Source of the DNA: Monocercomonoides exilis PA203
Lineage: Eukaryota; Protista; Preaxostyla
NCBI GenBank assembly: GCA_001643675.2
Contig: LSRY02000086.1
Coordinates: 1 to 41,279 of the forward strand
Reading direction: 5' to 3'
Length of the DNA: 41,279 nt
In this document: positions 24,561 through 36,392 of the stretch, piece after piece
Layout: the number at the start of each line of letters is the position of its first letter
Position numbering within the stretch: the first letter of the stretch is position 1
Translations under genes and position numbers: made by a program
The notes under the pieces: generated by a model
What the model was told of the DNA's origin: nothing
The model's database searches: none
The model's input: the letters and a program-made list of their open reading frames with translations, nothing else

Positions 24561-27500
24561 ATGAATATTTCCAAACCTCAATCGACTCTATATTCTCGAT
24601 GCAAAGTATTATGGAATGAAATTAAGCGCATCGGCGGAGATGACGTGGATTCGTTACTTGCCTATTTGTTTTATTCTTACAGGCAATCAACTTCTGTAAT
24701 TAACGATTTACTGAAGACATTGAACGGTTTGATTTTTTATTTATTCATGTTTTATATAGAAAATTTCATGAACTGTCATTGTTGTTATTTTCTTAACTAT
24801 TAATTCAATATTTTTCTCATGAACAGAATATCACATAAAGCTGCTGGAAGACCTGTCTGTGGTGTACAACAACGCTCCTTTGCACACTCAGACAGTAATG
24901 CTGCAAGCGCTGTCACGCAACACATCATTATCCGATTTACAAGACTATGGATATGATGTCACAGAGGGAAAATTTATTTACGCGAAGCAAACGCTGAAGA
25001 AAAACCAAGGATTTATCATCACTCCTCTAAAACCTCATCTTCCGTCTTGCAAAAGTGGTTTGTTTTTATTTGAATTTTTTTGAATAATTTTCTCTGTTCA
25101 TTTTAGGCTTAAATGAACAGGATTGGGAAAAGGGCAACAACTGGATGTTGGCCCATTCAACTGAAGCATCCACTTCTCTTCAATCAGCAAAGAAAAAGCA
25201 GCGAGCTGAGCCAGATTACGCCAGATATATTGACGAAGCAGCTTGGGAAAATGAAATTGTTACAGAAAATTCTTCTTCAAAGAAAAAGAAATCTTCATTA
25301 TCAGAAAAATCACATCAACAAAATAAAAAATCAAGTTCTATTTCGGAAAAAAATTCATCTGCATCAACTTTTTCATCGTCTGAAGCTATTGATGCTCCAA
25401 TCAACACCCCAATAAGGAGAGAAAGGAGGTCAACAAAAAATAAAAAGAATAATTCAAATCACAAACGTCACTCTTCTCCATCTCCAATACCAATTCACAA
25501 ATTCTTCAAAACAAAACAATCGTCAACATATTCTTCTTCTTCTCCTCTTCCTCCTTGTTCTCCTTCTTCTTCTCCTCCTCCTCCTTCTTCTTCTTTTTCT
25601 TCTTTTTCTTCTTCTTCATCTTCTTCCTCTTCTTCAAATTCTTCTTCTTCAAATTCTTCTTCTTCTTCAAATTCTTCTTCTTCAAATTCTTCTTCTTCAA
25701 ATTCTTCTTCAAATTCTTCTTCAAATTCTTCTTCTTCTTCTTCTTCTTCTTCTTCCTCCTCCTCCTTTCTTCTTCTTATTCTTCATCTTCCCCATTTTTA
25801 TCTTCATCTTCTTCCTCTTCATCCAAAAAGCAACAAAAAATGACAATCAATTCTTCATTAACTTGCAATTCTTCTTCATATTTAAGAAATGAAAATGATT
25901 GGGTGAGCAAGCAATTGCTTGAATATGTCACTTCTCCCACTCTTGTTCCTCCACAGGCATTTCAAGATCTTCTATCTTCATTTGCAAAAGACAGCAACAC
26001 TTCTCCATCTCCACAAAACACTCATTCAGACGAAAGTTATAATTCAAATTGTAAAAATAATATGAATATCATTTCAAATAATTACACAATGGATTTTCTT
26101 CCTGAAATTCAATCTCATTCTCCATCAATTTCTTCAAGTGTCAAAACCACTTCAATCGCTTCATCAAAAACAAAGAAAGGATTAAAAATCTTGGAAATAC
26201 TTGCTATCTTGCCTCTCTCCTTCAATGTATATCTTCAATCACTTCACAAAAACAATCAATAATTAAAACCATTTCATTTCAAAACAATTTATCTTCTCGA
26301 GTATTGAGTGTTTGTCAACAACTTACCAAAGATGGAATGACAGTGCGTTCATGGGTCCCATCACTGATCAACAAATGGGAAGACTTTTGTGGATATAGAA
26401 GCAGACAGCAACAAAATGTCATCGAGGCGTTTGACAATCTTCACCAACTTCTTCAAAAAAATGAGTTAATAAACAAGGATACCTTCAATCCTGTTTTAAT
26501 CACACATTTCAAATGCCAAAAATGTCAAAAATCACATCACACTTCAATGAAATTTGTGACAATGTCGTTATCAATTCTTCTTCTCCTCACAACGGCCTAT
26601 CTTCTCTTTTTGCGACTGAAGTTTTAAACGAAAAGAATTGTGTTTATTGCGATGAATGCAAGGAAAAATGCTGTGCTGCGAGATGGGAGGAAATGGCTGC
26701 ATTTCCAGAGGTGCTAGCCCTCTGTCATGAATGCACTGATTCTGCTAGTTCAGCACCTTCGAGAACATTACTAATGGAAACAGACAGAGTCAATCAGCGC
26801 ACGTTTTGTAAAGGATTTTCTTCTAAAGATATTCAACATCTTCAAAAAGATAATCAAGAAACAATCATATATCATTTTTCTGGACAAATACTATTCAAAC
26901 GTCTGGATCAACAAAACGGACATTACATCGCAGTTGTGAAAAGAAAAAGTGGAATCAATAGTTTTTGGAATATTTGCAATGATGAAAGTGTTTCTGAATT
27001 CGATAGTGACAAATGGAGTTCTTCATGGAAAGATCTTTATGTTCAAGGCTACGTTCCTTCACTTTCATTCTACATCAAGGAAAAAACAAAACCAACACTG
27101 TCAACTCTTCAATTTGGTGGTTCATCATCTTCTTCAGAAACATCAAATAATAACACTTCAAATAACTCATCATCATCGTCAACAACAACAACTGCTACGT
27201 CATCTGCATTCATCACACCACCTCATCGAACAACTTCCATTCCTCCACTCTCTTCGTCAATTTCAACAAGTTATGGATTGGAAGCACTGAAAGAAAAACG
27301 AAAGAAAACGGGCATCTTTTCTCCCAACGAAAAGAGATTAATCTTCAAGCCCAAGACGAAATTATGGAAAGAGTTTACAGAAGAAACAAATATCAAAATT
27401 TCTTTCCCACTTCTACAAACTGACATCAAACTTCTCGAAAGCGAAAAGGCGTACTGATCTGTGTGGAATGTGTGAGAAGTTGAGCTATTTGGAGAATAAA

Positions 27501-28571
27501 CTCAAATCTTCACAAAACAAAAATGGACTTTCTTCTGCTGAATTTCACACACTCAAACTTCTTCGTCAACATCGACTAGTTGCAGAAATGCAACGAAAAC
27601 ATTATCAATCAACAGTCGACAATCTGAAAGAGGGAGAAGCAGTCTTCGTCTTCGACTTTAAAGAAAAATGGAAACTCCCTATCAGAAAAAATCAACTTCA
27701 ACAGGAATTCTTCAATTATCAACAAGTTTCTCAATTCACAATCATCTCTCTTCAAAAAATAAATAATCAACTTGAAAAACGAACATTCAACTTCTTCTCC
27801 GACTGCCTCTCAAATGATCACAGATTTGTCATTGAGTGTCTGGAATCTGTGATCAAAAGGCACTTCTTCTCAGACACTCACACTTTTAAGTTCTTCTGCG
27901 ATTCGGTACCACACAACCGAAATCGCTTCCTTCTTCACTTCATCCTCTCCAAACAATCGAAACTTCTCAAAAAGAAAAATACTCAACTCAACTTCTTCGC
28001 TGAGCACCATGGAAAAAATATCTGTGATAGTGAATTTGGTGCGTTAGTGAATGCAATCGACAACAATCTTTCGACTGAACACATCACCACACTTCATGAT
28101 TTGATCAACTTCTTCGAAAACAATATGAACACTTCGACATCAGCTTCTTCAACTTCACAATCAAACATTTTCTCAACATCATCATCGAACTCTTCACCAT
28201 CTTCAACATCTGTCAATAACTTTGAGCATGAGAGGTACTTTGAAGAGTATGTACCATCTCAGCAAATCTCATGGCCGTCATTGTCAGTCCCTCACATGAA
28301 GGACTACTTATATTTTGAGCGCAAGGGCTCATTTGTCTCTGCTTCAGCTGTTGGATATCTTCCTCAACGCTCTCTGGTTGCCCTCGAATCTTCAACAATG
28401 AAAGAAAAAGTTCAAAGATCAAGAAAGTCATTTCACTCTGATATCACATCATCTAACTCTTCTCTTCTTTCTCAATCTTCTCAAGATCTTCTTTCAAGGA
28501 GATTTGAGCTTCTTCTTGACTCTTCTTCTTTTAATGAATCTCAAAATTGTTCTTTTGGTGTCCCTTATTAA
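24561..28571 (+). CDS. Transposase with an inserted USP (peptidase C19) domain; exons 24561-24726, 24827-25057, 25107-28571; four frame breaks (about 25768, 26188, 26545, 27406)
   Basis: USP part: GLK[N]LGNTCYLASLLQC (Cys 26202-26204), QQQNVIEAF, CQKC/CDEC, GHYIAVVK (His 26921-26923), WNICND. Transposase part: HFYKL...TDLCGMC, then VFVFDFKEK (D 27654), FFCDSVPH (D 27900) and FFAEHHGKNICDSEFG (D 28026). The stitched path has no premature stop. Confidence 0.85.
24727..24826 (+). other. Intron 1 of the transposase gene, 100 nt, phase 1
   Basis: GTTTGA...GAACAG; excision joins ORF 24561 to ORF 24859 in frame. Confidence 0.8.
25058..25106 (+). other. Intron 2 of the transposase gene, 49 nt, phase 1
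   Basis: GTTTGT...TTTTAG; excision joins ORF 24859 to ORF 25145 in frame. Confidence 0.8.
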
Positions 28572-28575
28572 GAAA

Positions 28576-28713
28576 CTAGTTGTTGTGTATGCTTAGCTGG
28601 CACTCTATCGGAAGGGTGCTGGACATGACTGTTCGTATTAGATATTGCAGCCCGAAGGCTGCAATATCCGGACCTGGATACGACGAACAGCCTCCCAGGT
28701 GCACAACAGTTAG
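28576..28713 (+). ncRNA. Candidate structured RNA element directly 3' of the transposase stop codon (family unknown)
   Basis: Hand-folded helices: 28576-28590/28699-28713 (15 bp, 4 G-U), 28597-28606/28613-28622 (10 bp, 3 G-U), 28629-28636/28683-28690 (8 bp) and 28641-28652/28657-28668 (perfect 12 bp, CGAA loop). Locally GC-rich. Confidence 0.55.
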
Positions 28714-29490
28714 AATCCGATTGTTTTCTTGTGCTTTTTGTCCCTATAATGTCCCTATTATTGAATTGGTTATTATCCCTATAATAATTGTATTTATCGA
28801 GATTCATTAATAAAGAGAGTTGTGAGGGAATTCATTGATCTTTGGGTAAGGTTTTTGGAAGGGAGAGTTGTTGAGAGTGTGAAATGTTGTTTTATCATTG
28901 TGTCTGTCTTTTTTCTTTGTTGGATTTGATCTTTTTGAGTCAAAGTTAGAGAAATATCAGAAAGGGGAGAGAGGATAAAAAACAGATGGAAAATAGACAA
29001 GTTAGTTTTTGTACTTTTTATATAAGTATTCTTTTTTGTTTGGAATTGTCTTTGATACCACGAATTTGTTAAATTTGTACTATTTCTTCTTATATTTTTT
29101 ATTGTTCAAAATTGTTGATATTTAGTTGATATTTGGTGATTGTTTAATGATTATGTGATTGAATTATGTTTCTTTTGAAAGTTGATGAATCTGATTAGAA
29201 AATTTCTGACTGTTTTCAATTTTTTAATGATCAATATTGTGAAGTACTTTTTGTTTTTTATGTCATTTTGATTGCAAAACGATTGTTATTTTTTAACGTA
29301 TATTTTTCACTTTTCATAGTAAATTTTTCCACTTGTTCACTAAACAATTTATTGATAAACATGTTATATATTTATAAAGATATCAACAAAAATAAATTTT
29401 TCATAATAATCGATAATATTACAAAACAAATTTCAAAAATATATCATCATACAACAAAAGCAAATATTTCATGAAAAGTGGTCACTTCAG

Positions 29491-29917
29491 ATAAAGATGT
29501 GGGAAGCGGTTTGTTGCAAATCTGAAGAAAATTAGTGACCACTTTTGTGATCGCCAGTCATTTCAAGTTTCAGTTTTATAATAGTTCCGATCGTTCAACG
29601 GATCAAATCTGATGAGAACCTTAATAAAAGTGTTTTTCAAAATGACTGGCGATCACAAAAGTGGTCACTAATTTTTCTCAGATTTCCGCACAAACCGCTT
29701 CCCCACATCTTTTATGTCTGTTTGTTGCAAAATCTGAAGAAAAATTAGTGACCACTTTTGTGATCGAGATTTTCAATTTGACATATTTTCATGAAATGGT
29801 GACTTTTTTTGGTTTTTGTATTTTATTGAGTCTTAAAAATATATATGTATATATTCAATATTTTTTTTATGATTAAATAAAAATGCATTTTATGAAATGA
29901 ATAACCATATTCACATT
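29491..29917 (-). repeat. Right terminal inverted repeat
   Basis: Reverse complement of 23766-24200. 29467-29492 is a collapsed remnant of the inner palindrome arm. Confidence 0.95.
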
Positions 29918-30077
29918 TTATGACAATTATAAAAGCGACAATAATAGCAATCAGTGCGATAATTTACATCAAAAATGTGTCAGCCCGCGAATGGAATATC
30001 AATGAAAATTAAAAAAATATAAAAATCCACATTCAGAAATTTATTTGAAAGCGATTCTTTTTTCATGAGTATTTTTT

Positions 30078-30627
30078 GTGATTCAACTCGTAAACATCAA
30101 ATGCTTGCTGTTCATTTCGTATGCGGCACAAGGCACATATTGCAATCTGTTCTATGCATCGAACGCAAACTCTGAAGCGAATATAAACCGAATATTAGTG
30201 GATGAAAAGCGAGAGACGAACGACACGCTTTTTCGGATGCAAACCCCTCTGTGTAATTCGCTCGCAAGTTCCACTTACCGGACAGTCTGTACACATACAA
30301 TGGGAGAGAGTGTGGCAGCTTTATGGGGTCATATTTTGGATGTAACACATTGCTGATTCAGATTAGTGTGGTGTTAGCAGTGGAAAAAGAGGATGCAATG
30401 GTTTCATCCAAGGGCTTAACATGACAACTTTGGACATGTTCAAATTGACATCGTGTGTGGCAGATGCGCTGGAGAAGGAGAAGATCATCCGGCCGAATGA
30501 GATTGTGATTGTGGAGCAGATGCAGTGCATGTCACTTGAAGAGGAGGTATTTGAAGAGGCGAAGCTTGATGCGCCCAGAGCAGCAAACTTTGTGGACCAG
30601 CAAGTGAATACAGCTATTTTCGGTTAA
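30078..30627 (+). pseudogene. Interrupted coding-like segment, product unknown
   Basis: Two nearby same-strand ORFs (30078-30356, 30421-30627) with higher GC and protein-like composition. No motif recognised. Confidence 0.3.
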
Positions 30628-32200
30628 TTTTAGTTTTTTCTTTCAAGATTGCCTGGATTTTCGAAGGAGAGGGAGGTCAGGAAAGCAGAAAAGAAGGCAA
30701 AATATTTTGAGCTTGATTAAAGAAAAGAAAAAATTCCAAACAGATCGACTTTGGCAATGACGAAGATTTGAAGCGATGTGGTGTGAGTTGAATTTTTCTT
30801 TTAATAATAACAAAAAATTTTTGTGTGTTAATTTTTTAATGTATTTTTGAATTTTTGAAATTTTCTGAACTTTTTCCATCATTTATTATGAACTTCATCT
30901 TTTCTTGTGAGTTGGCCGAATCGGTCATTATATGATGTGTTTATTTACAATCTTCATCGAATTTTTGTTTGGGCCCCCTCTGCATAAAAATCACCGATTC
31001 ATTCAATCTTTCCAGTCAGATTGGACTCATTCAAACAATTGCTAATAAGCTCTGTACAAGATGTGATGAAGGCGCTATTCCTGACTTGATAATGTTTGTC
31101 ATATTTTTATCTTTTTGTTTTCATTGTTTTTATCATATTTCTTGTTTTTATTTTTTTAACTTTTCAAACCCTCATTTTAATTTTTACAATTTATTGATAC
31201 GTAAACATATGAACAATCTCTTTTTTGTTATAATTTCATTCAGTTTCTTCTTTTAGAGTGGGCAATGGGTCTCCTCCACGATCACCTACCACCGTTTGTG
31301 TCATCATTGGAGTCAGAGCTGATGAAAAGACTGAACCGGGAACCCTCTTCTGCGCATTTGGCTTCCTCTATTGTCACTGTGTTGCAGCTGACTGTTCATT
31401 CCACATGAAACGAGACTTCCTCTTCTCACAGACCACTAAACATTTCTTCTCTTCGTCGTCAACTTCTTCTTCTTCTTCTTCCTTCTCAAATCAGTCATCC
31501 ACAAACCGCTTTGTAGTTTCCATGATCGAAAAAGTCAAATATACATCGCAAAATGCAGGAATTATCTTCTCTTTCCAATAAAAGTTCTCCTCTTTTAATG
31601 TCACTCCTTATCTTCTGTGAATGACACTCCATTCAAACACCACAGATCTCCTTCTCCTCCTCTTTTTTCTTACTTTGCCTCAATAAATGATTTCAGCTTC
31701 CATCAAATGCTCTCTTTCCTCAAATATCCTCGACAGATAGAACATCTTTTTGTGTAACATCACAAGCACAACCAGAGCTGCCACGAGCCATCAATATGTG
31801 GATTCTTGCAGATCTTCAACATCTTCCAACTCATTCCAACGTTCTTCTTCTTTTGCAAGAACCTCCTTCCACCAAAAGGACATCATTAGGCAGATTTCTT
31901 TGTTTCATTTACAACATTCAACCACTTTCGCATCTGCAGCCAGCTCCCCAATCAAAAAAGTCGTCTCTTTCTTCCTTTTTACTCAATTTGTGCCACAGCT
32001 GCTGGGTATTTCAAGCACAGGTATTTATTAACAAAAAACAATAGACAGAAAAATGGAGTCTTTTGCATCATTTATTTTATTTAGCTAACAGCAGCGTCGG
32101 ATGATGAGTTGAAGAAATTATTGTTCCCAAATGAGAAATTCATTAATGATATGGAGGTTATTTAGAGAAAGAAGGAGGAAGAGAGAAGGAGAGAGAAAAA

Positions 32201-35200
32201 GTGAAAAAGAAGGAAGAGAAATTGAAAAGACTGAAGATGAAGATAAAGAGATATCTGCGGAGCTATGCAGATGAAATATCAACACTTTCTTCTTCAGCCT
32301 CTTCTTCTACACCAAATTCTGTTCTGAAGCTGCTCTCACATCAATCCATAGCATCCACCACTTCTCGGCTCCAATCAGAAAACACGAGAGCCTTCGGCGT
32401 TTGGTTGCAGATTATTCCAATGACAGACGATTTGACAGAAGAATGTGTGTTTCCGGTGTGCGAATGTTTATGAGATAGAAACAGACAAATGAAACAGAAC
32501 AGGCATGGTCATAGAAATAATCATTATCATTGACATCAATACAGAAATCATCATCATCATCACATTTTTCTTCATCTTCCTCTTCATCCGAACAGTCAGA
32601 AGTGAATTCATCACAAGAAAGAGCAGAAAAAGCAGAAATTGATGAAATCATTGAACACTTCAAAAGAAAACATGCGCCGCGTCTGCTACTTCCTATGTTC
32701 GTTCCTCCACAAGAAGTAACCCTACAGAATCCGTCTTATGTGTCACGAAGACAAAGACAGAGAAAAAGCAATCAAAATTCTATACAAACATTTTTGACTT
32801 ATTCGACTGCTGGCAAAAGTACAGTAACAGGAACATCTCCTTCTTCATTGCCGAATAAATCTTTTCTTTCTCTTCCTCAGTCATCTCCTTCACCCTCTCC
32901 TTCATCTTCATCTTCCTCATCTTCATCTTCATCTTCTTCATCTTCTCCAGCAGTAACTGACCTCTCTATCCATCCAAAACCACCTCATCGCTCTGAAATT
33001 GCTATGGCGCGATGCATAAGAGCAACGCATCCTCTCTTCCTCAGATGCTATTTCAACCGCTGTGCACAAGTGGCTGCTGCTTCTGGTGCTTCGCGTTCTT
33101 CTTCCTCCTCTTCTTCTGTCAACCAATCAGAGCCAATTTCATTCAGAATCCATTCTTCTGCTTATTCCTCCATTCCACCTGCCATTTCAGCCACTTCTTC
33201 ATTCAATTCCCCACCTCCTCCATCACAAAGACACAAACTTCAACCTCTTCTTCTTCCTCTTCTTCTTTCTCTTCTTATTCTTATTCTTCTTCGTTGCTGC
33301 GCTTTTCTTGAAACAGATTTCCGACAGGCAAAGAGCAGCAGATTAGGAGGATGAAGCAATCGTTCGGAAGTGGAAGGAAAAGGCAACACTTTTTCTCGCA
33401 CAAGATGTGTTTGAAGCGCTGCAGCTGTTTGCAGAGTTTCGGATGGTGGAGCGGTATTCGGAGAATCTGGAGAAAAGGATGAGAGAAAGAGAAAGAGAGA
33501 GAGAGCGAAGGAAAGAAAGAGAGGAGCAAGGAACGAGAGAAGAGAGGAGAGAATAATTAGAGAACTGATTAAGATGAGGAAGGCATTGAAATCTACAAAT
33601 GATGAAAATAACAATGATGATGAAAAAGAAAATAAAGTGAAAGCAGAAGAAAATGAGAATTTATCATTGATTAGAAGAGATTCTTTGAATGAAACCAAGA
33701 AAAATGAAGAAAGTGAATGCTTTTCCGACAGCTCCATCATCAGTGATGAAGAAGAGCGAAGAGAGAAGAGACACAAACAGAGAGAGAAACAGAGGTTGAT
33801 GCGAAGGTATTACTAGGTGCTTGAGCTTCAACGTGTTTCTGTTGTGAATGAAGTGCTTTTGATGGTCAGGCCAAACCTGCTGCTTTCTCCTGCACCGATT
33901 AACGAGTCGATAAAAAGACCAGGAATTACTGTGAACGCTGTAAAAAATGAGGGGGATGGCGAAAAGTATGAGAAAGAAGAGAAAGAATGGAATAATTCTT
34001 TGAATGAAAATGGAAACAAGGAAGAATTTGAAGGAGATGAAGATGGAAAAGATGAGGAAAAGAAGTGATTTTGGAGGATTTAATGAACAACCCCAAAGCA
34101 GTATTTTCAAAAGCAAATATAATCAAACAGAAGCAGAAAAGAATGAAAACACGAAAGAATCAATTCAAAACGGTAAAAAGACGAAACGCGTTCAGATGAG
34201 CCAAAGCCAGAGCCTCTTTCATCGCTAGCTCAGCAAAAACAGCAGCAACAGAACATAACAACAATTTCCCCACCTTCATCTTCTCCTTCTCCTCAACATA
34301 TACAATCCTCTTCAGAACGAGGCACCTTTGGAACAATACACTTTACGCGAGGGAAGCGAATGGACGGTGGATGAAGAGGATTCGGAGGGAGAGCTTTGAT
34401 TGCGTACAGCCAAGAGATGGAGATGGGGAGAGGGGCTGTTGGTACACCTACAACTCCGCTGTCACCTGCTGTTGGAGGAGGAGGAATTGGAGGAGGAGGA
34501 GGATGGGTGACGTTGAGTGTGATGGGAATGAAGGATTTGAACAAAGAAGTGACAAGGGCGATGCAAGATGAGCTTCAGAATGAGAAAGGGAAAGTGGACG
34601 ATGAAGAGGCGAAGATCATGTTCAGTTCATTGGAATCTAATGATCAGAGAGAAAAACTGCTTCGGCTGATGAAACAACAGGAAATACAGAAGAAGAAAAA
34701 GGAGAAAAAAGAAAAGCGGGAGCGCAGGAAAATTGAGAAAGAAGAAAAAGACAAGAATCTGTTTAGCAGCATCCAAGGAATACTGCAACCTTAAATTGAG
34801 ATAGGCACACCAATTAACCAGAAGGAGAACAAAATGGCAAGCGAGGCGCAACAAGAGTCAAAAGAAACCCAGACGCCGGTTTTGACAAGAGAGCTGAAAT
34901 TGGACTGCATGCTGAATGATTTAGCTAATTCTGACCTGGAAGATTTGAGCGATGAACTGGATTTGCCTTGCCGCTATGCGCGAATCAAAAGCGAGGAAAA
35001 CGGTCAATTTGTGTGGAAGATGCGGAAGGTTACTGTGTATGATGTACTTGATGCGAGGCAGATGAGAACGCGGTTGGATCTGATGAGGCTCTGAAGAGCG
35101 GGCTGAGGCAGAGCAGGGCGGAGTTGAGAAGAGGAAGGGGATGAAGTGGAGGGCTTGTGGCCATACAAAGAGGAAACAGAAATTACACACAGAAAGGAAA

Positions 35201-35781
35201 GAAAAGGAACAGGGAAAGGATCGCTTCTGCTGTTTCAGAAGGAGAAATGGACAAGAACATTCAGTCAGAGCAGCGTGCCTGGAAGAAGAGATGCACTGTC
35301 GAAGCTGTTTTCTTTGCTGTCGTTATCAAAATTTGAGTCTTTCTTCACGTTGAAGAAGAATTCAATGGCAATGGATCTGATGCAGAAATAACCTGCCCTC
35401 AATTCGGTTGCGCCTTTTGATTCAGCTGCTGATCTTGCTGTAAATACAAACATTGCTCTTCATCCTCTTTCTCATTGCGCCTCTTCACTTGTCGATTCAT
35501 CCTTTTTAATGAACATCCAACTTCAATCTTCTCCTTCTCTCAGAACATCTTTATCTCCTTCACTGCAGTCCCAAGCTAAACTTCCATCTTCTACTAGTCT
35601 TGCTGATCCTGGCTCTCTTTCTCTACTCTCACGTCCTGCTCTATTTTCGTCTCCTTCTCTTTCATTCAGCTCCCGTCAAATTCATCATCAGGCCTCATCT
35701 TTTATTTTCTTTTCCGAAACGCAAAAGGATTATATATTCTATAACGAAATATCAGCTGAAATTATATGTCAATGGAAGTGA
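32201..35781 (+). pseudogene. Long fragmented S-rich/EK-rich hypothetical protein gene
   Basis: Run of + strand ORFs (32201, 32530, 33574, 33817, 34396, 34834, 35146, 35509), several separated by single in-frame stops (e.g. 33814-33816). Confidence 0.45.
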
Positions 35782-36392
35782 TTCAATATCAAACCAAGAA
35801 TAGCCGATCATTGGGTGCACAATCTTTAAAGATCGAATCTGACATTTTTCATTTGGAAGTTGAAAGAATTCTCAGAAAACAGAAAGATCAAGGCAGAAGA
35901 CAATATTTGGAATTAATGATTATATGGATGATCTTCGAGAGATCGCATTATAACATGCACCTTCAGTGAGCAATTGAAGATGAAACAGAGAAAGAAAGCA
36001 ATTTTGAAGAAAAGGCATATTTGAAGGATAATTCTATGAGATGAGAGCTTCGAAAGCCAACAGGCAAGTTGGAATCAGTGAAACAAAAGAAACAGATATT
36101 TTTGAAGAGCTTGTTGATATGCTTGAAGAAATGCATGTTGAAGAGAAAAATAGTGATTCCTTAGGAAACAAGTGGAATTTGCATTTGATGAAAAGGAGAA
36201 AATAGAAGAGGAAATATCGAAGAAATATTTATATTTGAGCTGACGTTAAGTATTTTGGTAAAATTAAGTGATATGTTCTTCAGTTGAAGAAGCGATGAAG
36301 TCTCATGTATTTTTCTATGACATGGAAAATGGCGAAAATGAGAAAATGAAGGAAAGGAAAGAACGTAAGAAAAAGTTTATCATTTCCAGTGA

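Larger units (their letters stand above)
23766..29917 (+). mobile_element. ~6.15-kb TIR DNA transposon (DDD, Sola-like) encoding a USP-transposase fusion
   Basis: Near-identical ~430-bp inverted termini flank a single transposase gene. The termini read aat|GTGAATATGG...CCATATTCAC|att. Confidence 0.9.

Noticed and set aside
27468-28571. Fanzor/TnpB RNA-guided nuclease
   Set aside because: No RuvC motif order with a C-terminal zinc finger. The motifs fit a DDD transposase core, and the structured element is ~1.2 kb from the element end.
28655-28692. SRP RNA, because the minus strand has CAGGTCCGGA...GCAGCC like bacterial 4.5S helix 8
   Set aside because: The AGGAA needed to close the GGAA tetraloop helix is replaced by TATT, and GCAGCC is sequestered in a perfect 12-bp hairpin.
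28576-28730. Canonical HDV-like, hammerhead or twister ribozyme
   Set aside because: Partial HDV-like fits exist on both strands, but they lack a proper P3/L3, or lack P1.1 and P4. No hammerhead CUGAnGA core or twister core was seen. Kept only as an unclassified structure.
28568-28810. Small ORFs on both strands as a second transposon gene
   Set aside because: Short, with no recognisable motif; the elevated GC is better explained by the base-paired structure.
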